Virus record (IMG/VR): IMGVR_UViG_3300045988_131882
Source: a virus
Reading direction: 5' to 3' (one strand)
DNA length: 44,270 bases
Of this stretch, positions 13,051 through 22,724 are shown in pieces. Both the position numbers and the translations under genes were made by a program. The notes under the pieces are model-generated. The model was not told the DNA's origin, did not search any database, and saw only the letters and a list, made by a program, of their open reading frames with translations. How positions within the stretch are numbered: position 1 is the first letter of the stretch; every line of letters starts with the position of its first letter.

Positions 13051-14052
13051 ATGGCAGTTATTTTTAGTAAGGCAAGCGGCCTTGCCAATGATTTTTGGAA
13101 TGAGTGGGCTGACCTGCTCACCATGAAAATGAAGGACACCGACAACGAGAAGAACAACGATGACGAGCTTGTGAAAGCGCTGTTCAATGTCAAGAAGTCC
13201 AAGCGTTTCGGCGAGAAGATCGCAGGTATGTCTACCTTCTCCAACTTTGATCTGGTCGATGAGGGCGCGTCCAGCCCGCTGGATGATTTCGGCGAGGTGG
13301 AACCCAAGCTTATCCAGCATTCGGAGTTCAAGAAAGCGTTCCGCATCACCAAGACGATGATCGAGGACAACCAGTTTGATATGGCCGCTGCCCGCGCGGC
13401 AGCCTATGTGCGTGCCTACAAGCGCAGCCGTGCTGTGTTTGCTTCCAGCGCACTGACCAGCGCCGCCGCGACCTTTACTTACGGCGCAAAGACCGGGCTG
13501 GATTCCACCACTGCGGACGGCAAGGCCCTGTTTGCCAAAGACCATACCGGCAATACCGGCGTTGCCGCACAGAGCAATGTGTTCACCAATGCGCTGGGCA
13601 CCGATGACGCGATGCTGAACAAGCTGGCGAATGTCGGCTTCAACTTCATGAATGCCTCCGGCAACCACATGGGCTATGTGTTCGACACCATCATCCTGCC
13701 TGCCAACCGCCCCGATATGATCGTGCTGGCAAAGAAGATTGCCAACAGTGACCAGCAGGTCGGCAGCAACTTCAACGATGTGAACGTCAACAAGGGTATG
13801 TGGAAGCTGATCGTTGACCATCATTGGCAGGCAGCGGAGGAAAGCAACCCCTATATCATCATGAGCAGCCAGGCCAACAAAGACCTGCTGGGCAACGTGT
13901 TCTATGACCGTACCGCGATGGAGACCTTCCAGAATGTGGACACGCTGACGCAGGATCTGATCACTTCCTGCCGTGGCCGTTTCAGCGCCGGTTTCGGAGA
14001 TTGGCGGCACGTTATTTTGGGCGGCGCTGCTGCTGGTAGCACGCTGACCTAA
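13051..14052 (+). CDS. Major capsid protein
   Basis: 333 aa. Strong AAGGAG ribbon. It follows the scaffold gene. Its composition and length are typical of HK97-fold capsid proteins. No database check was made. Confidence 0.7.
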   Translation: MAVIFSKASGLANDFWNEWADLLTMKMKDTDNEKNNDDELVKALFNVKKSKRFGEKIAGMSTFSNFDLVDEGASSPLDDFGEVEPKLIQHSEFKKAFRITKTMIEDNQFDMAAARAAAYVRAYKRSRAVFASSALTSAAATFTYGAKTGLDSTTADGKALFAKDHTGNTGVAAQSNVFTNALGTDDAMLNKLANVGFNFMNASGNHMGYVFDTIILPANRPDMIVLAKKIANSDQQVGSNFNDVNVNKGMWKLIVDHHWQAAEESNPYIIMSSQANKDLLGNVFYDRTAMETFQNVDTLTQDLITSCRGRFSAGFGDWRHVILGGAAAGSTLT

Positions 14053-14063
14053 GGCGGTGCGGC

Positions 14064-14249
14064 ATGGTTCCTAAAGGATTGAAAATCGGTGACACCTTTG
14101 AGGACGGCAAGCGGCTGTATGTTGTGGAGGCTGTGAACAAGGACGGGACGTATTATTCCCGGGCAGTAGAGAACGACGAGGCTCACCCTGGCAGTGACAG
14201 CTTGCCACAAGGGGAAGTTGCCCGGAAACGGCGAACCAAGAAGCAGTAA
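14064..14249 (+). CDS. Small hypothetical head-module protein
   Basis: 61-aa ORF: MVPKGLKIGDTFEDGKRLYVVEAVNKDGTYYSRAVENDEAHPG..., followed by a terminator. Confidence 0.55.
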   Translation: MVPKGLKIGDTFEDGKRLYVVEAVNKDGTYYSRAVENDEAHPGSDSLPQGEVARKRRTKKQ

Positions 14250-14252
14250 TTT

Positions 14253-14282
14253 TAGCGGCTCTGCTACGGCATGGCCGCTTTT
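14253..14282 (+). terminator. Rho-independent terminator
   Basis: AGCGGC (14253-14258)...GCCGCT (14273-14278) followed by TTTT. Confidence 0.7.
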
Positions 14283-14322
14283 TATCACATTTGCGGGGGC
14301 GTGACCCCACAGGAGTGACGAT

Positions 14323-16209
14323 ATGAAGAAAGACGATAAGCAGACAAAAGACCTTGAAAAATGGCAGGGCAAGCTATCCAGCGCGAAATCTGCGTACAGC
14401 GGCACGCTGGATAAGATGCGCAAGCGCGAGGCCATGTACTACGGCAGCCACGAGATACAGGGGGCCAAGAAGGATGCCACCAATGTGCGCAATATCATCT
14501 ATGAGCTGATTGAGAGCCAGGTGGATTCGACCTACCCGCTACCGAAGGTGACGGCCATCCACCGGGAGGACGAGGACAAGGCACGCAAGCTGGAAAGCCT
14601 TTTGCGCAACCAGGCACGCCGGATGCACTTTACCGAACTGAACGACCGCAGCGAGCGCACCGTACCGGTGCAGGGGGCTGATTTTTTCCATGTGGAATGG
14701 AACCCGGCGGCTGGGTATCACTGCACACTGGGCGACGTGGAAATCGAGTTGCGCCACCCGCGGCAGGTCATCCCCCAGCCGGGCGTGTACAAGCTGGACG
14801 ACATGGATTATGTGTTTGTGCAGATATCCAAGAGCAAAGAAGCCCTGGAAGCGCGGTACGGCATCAAGCTGGACACCGACACCGAAGATGCGCCGGATGC
14901 CAGAGGTGGAGACGATGGCAGCACCCACACAGGCGTTGTGACCCAGAACATTGTGTACTACAAGCATGATAAGGGCACAGTGGGGATGTTTAGCTGGGTA
15001 GGCAGCCAAGTGTTGGAAGATTTCCCCGACTATTACGCACGAACGGCGGAGGTCTGCACAAAATGCGGACGCCGCCGGGTGGGGGATGTGTGTGTCTGCG
15101 GGAATAAGAAATTCAAGGAACAGCCCGTGCAGACGCTTACCCTGACCCAGGATGTGACGATGAGCAGCGGGGAGGTTCTGCCCGCCCAGGTACAGGGCGA
15201 GGATGTGCCCATCATAAACCCGGATGGCAGCGTACAGCTGGATAATGACTCCGGGGAAGTTATCCTGATGCCCGGCGAGATGCAGGCCAATGAGATACCC
15301 GCCTACAAGCCGCACGGTTTCCCCCTGATTGAGCGGGTGAACATTGCTGCATCGGATATGTTTTTGGGCGTATCGGATGTGGACATTGTGGCCGACCAAC
15401 AGCAAGCCATCAACAAATACGGCACGAAGATACAGGAAAAGCTGCTGAAAGGCGGCAGCTGGGTCATTCTGCCGGAGGGTGTGCAGGCAGAACTGAACGA
15501 CGACGAGCTAAAAATCCTGCGCATAGAGAACCCGAGCCAGCGCAACATGATCGATGTCCTCAACGTGCAGCCCAATGTGCAGAACGACCAGAATATGCTG
15601 GAATATAACTATAACTGGGCAAAATCGACGCTGGGCATCACCGATGCGTTCCAGGGCAAGTACGATAGTTCTGCGACATCCGGCAGTGCAAAGCAGTTCA
15701 GCGCGAACCAAAGCGCGGGCCGTTTGCAATCCAAGCGGGAGATGAAGAACAACGCCTACGCCAAGTTGTACCGCAAGATGTTTGAATTTTTGCTGGCGTA
15801 TGCGGATGAGCCGTATCCCATGACGGATACCGACGTGGACGGCGAACAGCAGTATGGGCACTTTGACCGCATGGAGTTTTTGAAGCGGGACGCAGCCGGG
15901 GAATTGTACTGGAACGATGAATTTATCATTGAGGTAGACCCGGCAAGCAACCTTGCCAGCAACCGTGAACGGCTGTGGGATATGGCAAAGGTGGATTTCC
16001 AGGCGGGCGCGTTTGGCCCCATCGGCGATCTGAACACTTCAAGAACCTACTGGACATGGAACAAGAGCACCGGCTACCCTTACGCGGCAACGGTGCTGGA
16101 AGATATCAACAAGCAGCTGGAAGCACAGCGGCAGATGGAACAGGGGGTGAATGCTGTTGACCTGGAAGGAAATCAAACTGGCGACCTTACAAAAAATGTT
16201 CAGTTCTGA
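14323..16209 (+). CDS. Putative portal protein
   Basis: 628 aa. The size, the N-terminal pattern (KREAMYYGSHEI...NIIYELIESQVDSTYPLPKV) and the head-module position fit a portal. It contains a Cys4 insertion, CTKCGRRRVGDVCVCG. Confidence 0.6.
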   Translation: MKKDDKQTKDLEKWQGKLSSAKSAYSGTLDKMRKREAMYYGSHEIQGAKKDATNVRNIIYELIESQVDSTYPLPKVTAIHREDEDKARKLESLLRNQARRMHFTELNDRSERTVPVQGADFFHVEWNPAAGYHCTLGDVEIELRHPRQVIPQPGVYKLDDMDYVFVQISKSKEALEARYGIKLDTDTEDAPDARGGDDGSTHTGVVTQNIVYYKHDKGTVGMFSWVGSQVLEDFPDYYARTAEVCTKCGRRRVGDVCVCGNKKFKEQPVQTLTLTQDVTMSSGEVLPAQVQGEDVPIINPDGSVQLDNDSGEVILMPGEMQANEIPAYKPHGFPLIERVNIAASDMFLGVSDVDIVADQQQAINKYGTKIQEKLLKGGSWVILPEGVQAELNDDELKILRIENPSQRNMIDVLNVQPNVQNDQNMLEYNYNWAKSTLGITDAFQGKYDSSATSGSAKQFSANQSAGRLQSKREMKNNAYAKLYRKMFEFLLAYADEPYPMTDTDVDGEQQYGHFDRMEFLKRDAAGELYWNDEFIIEVDPASNLASNRERLWDMAKVDFQAGAFGPIGDLNTSRTYWTWNKSTGYPYAATVLEDINKQLEAQRQMEQGVNAVDLEGNQTGDLTKNVQF

Positions 16210-16756
16210 CGGAACGGATATCACGAACCCGGATGAGTCGAACAAAGAGTACATGAACGCCATGCCGCAGGCCGCCAACGAAGCCATTGAAATGCTGTGC
16301 ACGGCGGGGCGATACCTGCGCAAAAGCTGCCGTTTTACCAAAGAGGCGGACGTGCCGCTGACCGTTGACCTGGAAAAGACAGTACCGAATTTCTGGCGCA
16401 CCGGGGTCATGGAAATCTACAAGATGGCCGACGGAACGCCAACCCCGGTGAGCGGCATTGTACTGTACGGCGGCAAGTATCTGGTATTCCCGGACAGCTA
16501 TGCGGGAGAGTTTGAGTTTTTTTATGACGCAAAGCCCGAGATGCTGACGCTGACCACCGCCGACGACACGGTGATTGACATGCCGGACGACGCGGTTGTA
16601 CTGCTGCCGCTGTACATGGCAAGCCAGCTGTACAAGGATGATGACATTACGGTGGCGACCTACTACCGCAACGAATTTGAAACCGCTTTTGAACGGCTGC
16701 GCAATCCGCAGGCTGTGACGAAAGAGGAATTTACCAGCAATACAGGGTGGTGGTAA
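16151..16756 (+). CDS. Putative head-tail adaptor or connector protein
   Basis: 201-aa ORF overlapping the portal 3' end by 59 nt: MLLTWKEIKLATLQKMFSSDG... The assignment is by position only. Confidence 0.45.
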   Translation: MLLTWKEIKLATLQKMFSSDGTDITNPDESNKEYMNAMPQAANEAIEMLCTAGRYLRKSCRFTKEADVPLTVDLEKTVPNFWRTGVMEIYKMADGTPTPVSGIVLYGGKYLVFPDSYAGEFEFFYDAKPEMLTLTTADDTVIDMPDDAVVLLPLYMASQLYKDDDITVATYYRNEFETAFERLRNPQAVTKEEFTSNTGWW

Positions 16757-16758
16757 GG

Positions 16759-18621
16759 ATGGCGACATTCAGTATTCCGACGCCCATCAGCCGCTCCAAG
16801 CTGGTGATCGACAAGCTGCTGGGCATCGACTACACGAGCAACACTGCCAACGTGAGCACGAGCCAAAGCCCCAATGCGCAGAACATCATCCGCAGTGAAC
16901 CCGGCAAGGTCCGCAAACGAATGGGATATGAAAAGCTGTACACCTACCCGGCCCGCATCAATGGCTGCCATATCCTGAAAGACAAGACGCTGATCCATGC
17001 GGGCACGGCGCTGTACCTGAAACCGACGAGCGGCAGCGACATCGGGTCTGCCATTTATACCGGGATGGCCGATGCGCGGAGCAGCAGTTGGCAGATGGAC
17101 GATAAGCTGTACATTGCTGACGGCAAATGCCTGTTGGTCTATGACGGCAGTACCATCAAGAAAGCAAGCGACAATGCCCGCATCCCGACGCTGACGATTG
17201 CAAAAGCACCGTCCGGCGGCGGCAAGCAGTATGACGCATTGAACCTGCTGCAACCGAAGTTCAAGGAACTGTTTTCAGCAGACGGAACCAGCACCCAGTA
17301 CCATTTGAGTTTTTCCGGGCTGGACAGTGCCAATGTGACGGTGCGCAAGCTGACGAGCAACGGCAGTTGGGAAACGATGACCAGCGGATACAGCTGCAAT
17401 GCGTCAACGGGTGTGGTAACGTTCAACACTGCGCCGGGGAAAAGCCCTGTTACCGGCGAGGATAACATTGAGATCACCGCAAGCCGCACCGTGAAAGGCT
17501 ATGCGGACAGAATCAACAAATGCAATATCGGCATTTTGTTCGGTGTGAACGGTGCGACCGACCGCCTGTTTTTAAGCGGGAATCCGGACTATCCAAACCA
17601 GGACTGGTACAGCGGGCAGTATGACCTGACTTACTGGCCTGATACCGGGTACAGCAAGGTGGGCACAGAGAAAAGTGCCATCATGGGATATTCCATCATT
17701 GAGAACCGCATAGCGGCGCACAAGGATGAGCACGAGACAGACCGAAACGTAATTATCCGGCAGGGCAATTTGGTGGACAATGAACCGGCGTTCCCTGTCA
17801 CGAACACGATCCAGGGGCCGGGCGCAATCGCCAAATACAGTTTTGCCTACTGCGCGAACGAGCCAATGTTTTTGACAAACTTAGGCATCTATGCGATCAC
17901 GCCCAGTGACATTGTGGGTGAGAGATTCAGCCAGAACCGCAGTTATTACATGAACGGCAAGCTGCTGGCCGAAGCAGGAAAGGGCGACGCCTACGCCTGT
18001 GTATACAAGGATATGTACTGGCTGTGCTTGAACGGCGTTGCCTATGTGCTGGACGGACAGCAGAATTTGGGCGCGAACAAGAACGAGCCGTATTCCACAC
18101 GGCAATACGCCTGTTTTTACGAGACGAATATCCCGGCGCGGGTCATGTGGGTGAACGAGACAAGGCTGTATTTTGGCTCTGCTGATGGGAAAATTTATCG
18201 GTTTTATAACGACACCGAAGCGCTGACGAGCTACAACGACGACGGCAAGGCCATCTGCGCCGCGTGGGAGACCCCGGATTTGATGGGAACGCTGTTTTAC
18301 AAGAACAAAAGTTTCCGCTATCTGGCGCTGCAAATGGCACCCAGTGTCGCCACGAGCGTGACAGTGTTTGCCATGAAGCGCGGCATCTGGAACCAGATAT
18401 GGAAGGACGAACTGCACAGCCGGTATTTTACCTATTCCCAGTTGGTATACCACCAGTTCACCTACTCCAACGACCAGACGGCGCGAACGCTGCACAACAA
18501 AATACGCATCAAGCGGGTGGACAAGGCGCGGTTCCGATTTGTGAACGAGGAACTGAACCAGCCCTTTGGCCTGATGCAGATTGCCACAGAATTTGTGGAA
18601 AACGGAAACTTTAAGGGGTGA
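16759..18621 (+). CDS. Virion structural protein (tail, nozzle or baseplate candidate)
   Basis: About 620 aa with beta-rich composition, between the adaptor and fibre genes. The start is either the ATG at 16759 or the GTG at 16747. Confidence 0.5.
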   Translation: MATFSIPTPISRSKLVIDKLLGIDYTSNTANVSTSQSPNAQNIIRSEPGKVRKRMGYEKLYTYPARINGCHILKDKTLIHAGTALYLKPTSGSDIGSAIYTGMADARSSSWQMDDKLYIADGKCLLVYDGSTIKKASDNARIPTLTIAKAPSGGGKQYDALNLLQPKFKELFSADGTSTQYHLSFSGLDSANVTVRKLTSNGSWETMTSGYSCNASTGVVTFNTAPGKSPVTGEDNIEITASRTVKGYADRINKCNIGILFGVNGATDRLFLSGNPDYPNQDWYSGQYDLTYWPDTGYSKVGTEKSAIMGYSIIENRIAAHKDEHETDRNVIIRQGNLVDNEPAFPVTNTIQGPGAIAKYSFAYCANEPMFLTNLGIYAITPSDIVGERFSQNRSYYMNGKLLAEAGKGDAYACVYKDMYWLCLNGVAYVLDGQQNLGANKNEPYSTRQYACFYETNIPARVMWVNETRLYFGSADGKIYRFYNDTEALTSYNDDGKAICAAWETPDLMGTLFYKNKSFRYLALQMAPSVATSVTVFAMKRGIWNQIWKDELHSRYFTYSQLVYHQFTYSNDQTARTLHNKIRIKRVDKARFRFVNEELNQPFGLMQIATEFVENGNFKG

Positions 18622-18625
18622 GGAA

Positions 18626-19960
18626 ATGGCATTCAGAGAAATATTACCCGCCGATTTGAGCGGCAAGGGCAACGTTGGCAAACCGGACACACCGGGATTT
18701 AGCACAGCAGAGATGCAGCGGGTCATGGACGAAATACCGCGAGAAGTCATTGTGCCGATTTTCAACCAGCTTGTGACGGCCCTGAACGAAATGGCACTGG
18801 AAAACCGCACCCACAATGAGGGTGGCTGCCTGTATATCCGTTTAAACGGCGATAAAGTCCTTGAGACGAGCAACGACGGCAAGACCTGGCAGGCTACCGG
18901 CAGCAGTGGCCATTTGATACTGGACGATGGCGGCGAGGAAATGCCGCAGCGGAGCCGGATGCAGTTTATGGGCGCGACCGTGACGGACAATGGCGGCGTG
19001 ACACAGATAGCACTGCGCAAAGGTGATACCGGCGCACAAGGCCCGCAAGGCCCGGTAGGCCCGCAGGGGCCAGCGGGTGCACAGGGCAATATTGGCCCCA
19101 TGGGGCCGCAGGGGATTCAAGGCCCGCGCGGCGTGCAGGGTTTGACCGGCGCACAAGGGCCGACCGGCGCAACAGGCCCGACAGGCCCGCAGGGGCCGCA
19201 GGGTGAGAAGGGCGCAGACGGCACGAGCTTTGTTGTGCTGGGGCGCTACAACAGCCTGACGATGTTGGAAGGAGCACACCCTACCGGCAACAAGGGCGAT
19301 GCCTACGCGGTGGGCAGTGAGACCGACAACGTTGTGCACATTTGGGACGTGGACGCCAAGAAATGGAACCCGATCGGCAGTTTGCAAGGCCCGCAGGGGC
19401 CGCAGGGACCGCAGGGGCCGCAAGGCGCTACCGGTGAGACAGGCCCCGTTGGCCCGCAAGGTGAAGTTGGCCCGGAAGGGCCGCAGGGCATTCAGGGGGA
19501 AAAGGGAGAAACCGGCGAACGAGGGCCGCAGGGCCTCCAGGGCTTGACAGGTGAGCAAGGCCCAATCGGCGCGACAGGCCCGCAAGGCGAGAAAGGCGAC
19601 CCGGGCGTTATCCAAAACGTGAACGGCAAGACCGGGGAATCGGTATGGCTGAGCGCGAAAGAGGTAGGCGCAGAAGCCGAGCATAGCTACAAAACGGTTA
19701 CGGTGGCGGCATCGGCCTGGACGGCTGGCAGCTACACAGTGTCGTGGGATGACGGCAGCACGAGCAGCTACACCACCTGCGCTACGGTCACGGTGGCCGG
19801 TGTGACGGCTGACAGCCGGATTGCTGTAAGTGACCGCACGAGAGTTACTGATGCAGTGCGTTTGGTGGCGGCGCTGGAATCCGGGGCCGGAGTTATTAAG
19901 TTTTATGCGAACGCAGCGCCGACAAGCGCGGCGGTCTTTGTGGTGGAGGTGAGCGTATGA
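18626..19960 (+). CDS. Collagen-like repeat tail fibre protein
   Basis: Two Gly-X-Y blocks (about 19022-19222 and 19388-19606), e.g. [40 protein letters not shown] lies upstream of the ATG at 18626. Confidence 0.8.
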   Translation: MAFREILPADLSGKGNVGKPDTPGFSTAEMQRVMDEIPREVIVPIFNQLVTALNEMALENRTHNEGGCLYIRLNGDKVLETSNDGKTWQATGSSGHLILDDGGEEMPQRSRMQFMGATVTDNGGVTQIALRKGDTGAQGPQGPVGPQGPAGAQGNIGPMGPQGIQGPRGVQGLTGAQGPTGATGPTGPQGPQGEKGADGTSFVVLGRYNSLTMLEGAHPTGNKGDAYAVGSETDNVVHIWDVDAKKWNPIGSLQGPQGPQGPQGPQGATGETGPVGPQGEVGPEGPQGIQGEKGETGERGPQGLQGLTGEQGPIGATGPQGEKGDPGVIQNVNGKTGESVWLSAKEVGAEAEHSYKTVTVAASAWTAGSYTVSWDDGSTSSYTTCATVTVAGVTADSRIAVSDRTRVTDAVRLVAALESGAGVIKFYANAAPTSAAVFVVEVSV

Positions 19961-20394
19961 CGGACAACCCTTATAAATATCCTTATGTGCCCGTTGGCGG
20001 CATCATCGAGTGGGACGGAACCGGGCTGATCGGCGCGCCGGATTTGAGCACGCCGGAAAAGGTTGCGGCGGTGTACGGATATGGAACCTGGGAACGGTAC
20101 GGCGTTGACCGAGTAACGGTAGGTGCTGGCGGAGATTATGAGGCAGGCAGTGTTGGCGGTGAGAAGGAACATACGCTGACTGAGAATGAAACTGCAAGAC
20201 ACCGCCATGAAGGACTTGAATGGGTAACTGGTGAAAATGTCGGGCTGAATGATGGAACAAGTGCGTCTATCCGACTCGCATTTACTTCCGTCGGCTGTAC
20301 AAATGGGTTTAGGACTGCTTTTGCTGGTGGCTCTCAGCCTCACAACAATATGCAGCCCTATATCGCCACATACCGTTACCGCCGCATCGCGTGA
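19957..20394 (+). CDS. Tail-collar-domain fibre protein
   Basis: [20 protein letters not shown] and [22 protein letters not shown] match the phage tail collar motif pattern. ATGA overlap with the upstream gene. Confidence 0.75.
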   Translation: MTDNPYKYPYVPVGGIIEWDGTGLIGAPDLSTPEKVAAVYGYGTWERYGVDRVTVGAGGDYEAGSVGGEKEHTLTENETARHRHEGLEWVTGENVGLNDGTSASIRLAFTSVGCTNGFRTAFAGGSQPHNNMQPYIATYRYRRIA

Positions 20395-20428
20395 AAGGAG
20401 AACCACATGAACGCAACAAATAATCCGT

Positions 20429-20773
20429 ATGCTGTCACCCCCCCCCACTGATACGACGCTGACGCAAGAGGGCGTTGCTGCTGACGCTAAGGCTGTGGGT
20501 GATGCGCTTGGCAAGAAATCAAATAAGTTAATACTAAAAAGTACGGATTTTTCTGGCAGAACAGACCAGTTTGCGCAGATATCCGTAAGAGCGCCAGACG
20601 ATGCATTTGCCATTCTAAACATTTCGTCTTCTGGAACAATGTTCGTACCAATGAACCTTTCCTTAGCAAACGCTTCGTTTCGGTGCATAACTGGGCTGTC
20701 TAATATGCAGATGAACTTTGCGCCGAACACTGAGGTATCTGGCACCGTGTGGTATTTGGCCTACGCGAAATGA
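20429..20773 (+). CDS. Fibre or receptor-binding-like protein; the likely true start at 20407 is out of frame because of a C9 tract
   Basis: TLTQEGVAADAKAVGDALGKK is a motif common at the N-termini of Firmicute phage fibre proteins. There is no SD before 20429. AAGGAG lies 7 nt before the ATG at 20407, whose frame stops at 20449-20451 just after the C9 run. Confidence 0.6.
   Translation: MLSPPPTDTTLTQEGVAADAKAVGDALGKKSNKLILKSTDFSGRTDQFAQISVRAPDDAFAILNISSSGTMFVPMNLSLANASFRCITGLSNMQMNFAPNTEVSGTVWYLAYAK
20438..20446 (+). repeat. Homopolymeric C9 tract
   Basis: gtcaCCCCCCCCCactg, at the junction of the two reading frames. Confidence 0.95.
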
Positions 20774-20909
20774 AATTTATTGTGGAGGTATAGCAAAATG
20801 ACGCTACGTTATTCATTCGGGGGGAGCTGCCGTAAGACAGCCTTGTGCAGTTTGGACAGGTGCTGCGCATGAATGCAACGGATGACTGAAAATTTAAGGA
20901 GTTGATTCT

Positions 20910-22166
20910 ATGAGATTATCTAACGGCGAGGTGCTGCTGCACTGGCCACTTGACCTGCACGTTTTAACGCAGGGCTGGTACTACAACGATGGCAGTTTGC
21001 ATCAGGGCGCCGATTGGCGCACGCAGAACGGCACGGATTACAAGCGCCCGATCTACGCTGCCGAGGAAGGCACGGTTGACCAAACACAGAACTGGGACGG
21101 CCACACAAAGACCGGAATGCAGAGCTATGGCAACATGGTGAGAATCAAACACGCGCCTTACAAGGGAAAAACTTTACAGACGCGATACGCCCACCTTAGC
21201 AGCTATTGCGTCAAGGTCGGACAGAAGGTCAAAGAGGGAGAACTCATCGGCTTTTCTGGCGTTAGTGGGAACGTGTTCGGTGCGCACCTGCATTTTGAAG
21301 TTATCCTGAACGGCAAGCGCACAAACCCTCTGGTATGGCTGGACAGCGACTTCACCACGGCGAGCAGTCAGGTGTTTACCTACCGCGCCGGTGAACACGC
21401 AGTGGAAAAACCTGCGGACGCTGCACAGTCCAGCGGTGAGGAAGTGCTGATTGATGTGTCCCATCACCAGGGCGCTATTGACTGGGCGAAAGTTCCCTAC
21501 CGCGCCATTGTTCGCATCGGCTACCGTGGTTACGGCAGCGGCAAGCTTATGAAGGACGAGCAGTTCGACGCCAACCTTGCAGGGGCGAAAGCGAACGGAA
21601 AGCTGTTCGGCTTTTATTTCTTCTCGCAGGCGGTCACGGTGGACGAAGCCCGCGAGGAAGCCGATTTCTGCGCAAGCCTTGCCCCGACCGGCTACCCGCT
21701 GTTTTTCGATGCCGAATGGAGCCGCGAGGAACACGATGGCCGCGCTGACAACCTGACGAAAGACCAGCGCACGGCAATCGCAATGGCATTTTGCGAGAAA
21801 GCCAAAGCGCATGGATTCACGGCTGGCATTTACACCTTCACAGCGTTTGCAAGCACGAACATCGACTACGCCTACCTGTGTGAAGATTACATCGGATGGT
21901 TGGCCGACACGCGCACGAACTACAACAAAACACTGCCGCGCTACATCCACCAATACGGACAGGGCTATGTTGCGGGCATTGCCAAGGTGGTTGATTTGAA
22001 TCATCTGGTCAAGGCCCTGCCCGCAGTGGACAAGCCTGCAAACAAGCTGCAAGTGATTACCATTGGGCCGGTGAGCCAGGGGGACGCAGATGCGGTTTAT
22101 CTGCTGTGCAAACAGCGCGGCCTGACGGATGCAGGGCTGTATAAATCTGAATGGGCGGAGGAGTGA
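20910..22166 (+). CDS. Bifunctional endolysin: M23 peptidase plus GH25 muramidase
   Basis: M23 motifs: HQGADW (HxxxD) and GAHLHFEV (HxH). GH25 motifs: IDVSHHQGAIDWAKV, GFYFFS, FFDAEW. AAGGAG lies upstream. Confidence 0.88.
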   Translation: MRLSNGEVLLHWPLDLHVLTQGWYYNDGSLHQGADWRTQNGTDYKRPIYAAEEGTVDQTQNWDGHTKTGMQSYGNMVRIKHAPYKGKTLQTRYAHLSSYCVKVGQKVKEGELIGFSGVSGNVFGAHLHFEVILNGKRTNPLVWLDSDFTTASSQVFTYRAGEHAVEKPADAAQSSGEEVLIDVSHHQGAIDWAKVPYRAIVRIGYRGYGSGKLMKDEQFDANLAGAKANGKLFGFYFFSQAVTVDEAREEADFCASLAPTGYPLFFDAEWSREEHDGRADNLTKDQRTAIAMAFCEKAKAHGFTAGIYTFTAFASTNIDYAYLCEDYIGWLADTRTNYNKTLPRYIHQYGQGYVAGIAKVVDLNHLVKALPAVDKPANKLQVITIGPVSQGDADAVYLLCKQRGLTDAGLYKSEWAEE

Positions 22167-22171
22167 TGCCG

Positions 22172-22519
22172 ATGCAGCACGTATTTTCATTTACGATCGC
22201 GGAAGCCTGGGCGTTTTTGATTTACGCGGCAGGCGCTGCTGCCGGACTGTATGCCGGGGGCGTGGCCATAAGCAAAGTAATCGCCGCAGTAAAAAAGCCG
22301 AAGACCGACCAGGACAAACGCATTACCCAGTTGGAAGCGCGGGTGAACGCCATGGAGAGATTCTTGAAAAACGACAAACTGCGGCTTGACCGCATGGACG
22401 AGGGGCAGCGCGTGACCATGCAGGCGCTGTTGGCCCTGCTTGACCACAATCTGGATGGGAACAACATTGACCAGATGCAGAAAGCAAAGAAAGATTTGCA
22501 GAAGCATCTGATCGGCTGA
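22172..22519 (+). CDS. Membrane-anchored coiled-coil protein of the lysis cassette (holin or holin-accessory candidate)
   Basis: N-terminal TM helix (IAEAWAFLIYAAGAAAGLYAGGVAI) followed by a coiled coil. Possible starts are at 22151, 22166 and 22172. GGAGGAG lies 8 nt before 22172. Confidence 0.6.
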   Translation: MQHVFSFTIAEAWAFLIYAAGAAAGLYAGGVAISKVIAAVKKPKTDQDKRITQLEARVNAMERFLKNDKLRLDRMDEGQRVTMQALLALLDHNLDGNNIDQMQKAKKDLQKHLIG

Positions 22520-22535
22520 AAGAGGGTGTATATCT

Positions 22536-22721
22536 ATGAGTGATTTTTTAAAAAATCTGGCAGCGCTTATCAAGGTGAAAACCATTGTGACGCTTGTGGT
22601 TGTTGCGGTTTTTGCCGTGATGGCATTGCAGAGCAAATTACAGCCTGACACGGTCATGACCATTGTGACAATGGTCGTGGCCTTTTATTTTGGCACGCAG
22701 AGCGAGAAGAAAGGGGAATGA
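22536..22721 (+). CDS. Holin (two TM helices, charged C-terminus)
   Basis: MSDFLKNLAALIKVKTIVTLVVVAVFAVMALQSKLQPDTVMTIVTMVVAFYFGTQSEKKGE. Confidence 0.7.
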   Translation: MSDFLKNLAALIKVKTIVTLVVVAVFAVMALQSKLQPDTVMTIVTMVVAFYFGTQSEKKGE

Positions 22722-22724
22722 TGT

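Noticed and set aside
13012-14010. 332-aa minus-strand ORF opposite the capsid gene. Similar cases: 14539-15405, 16187-16768, 17881-19101, 18842-19684, 21174-22190, 30932-31660.
   Set aside because: All are antisense to well-supported structural or lysis genes, lack ribosome-binding sites, and have implausible His/Arg/Val/Gly-rich composition.
18626-20773. Diversity-generating retroelement or other targeted hypervariation of the fibre genes.
   Set aside because: There is no reverse transcriptase gene and no template or variable repeat pair anywhere in the genome. The only variability signal is the C9 tract, reported separately.
20798-20872. 24-codon Cys-rich micro-ORF (MTLRYSFGGSCRKTALCSLDRCCA) with GTGGAGG upstream, between the fibre gene and the endolysin.
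   Set aside because: It is too short and unsupported to call. It could be a leader peptide or chance. It is only worth checking with ribosome profiling or conservation data.
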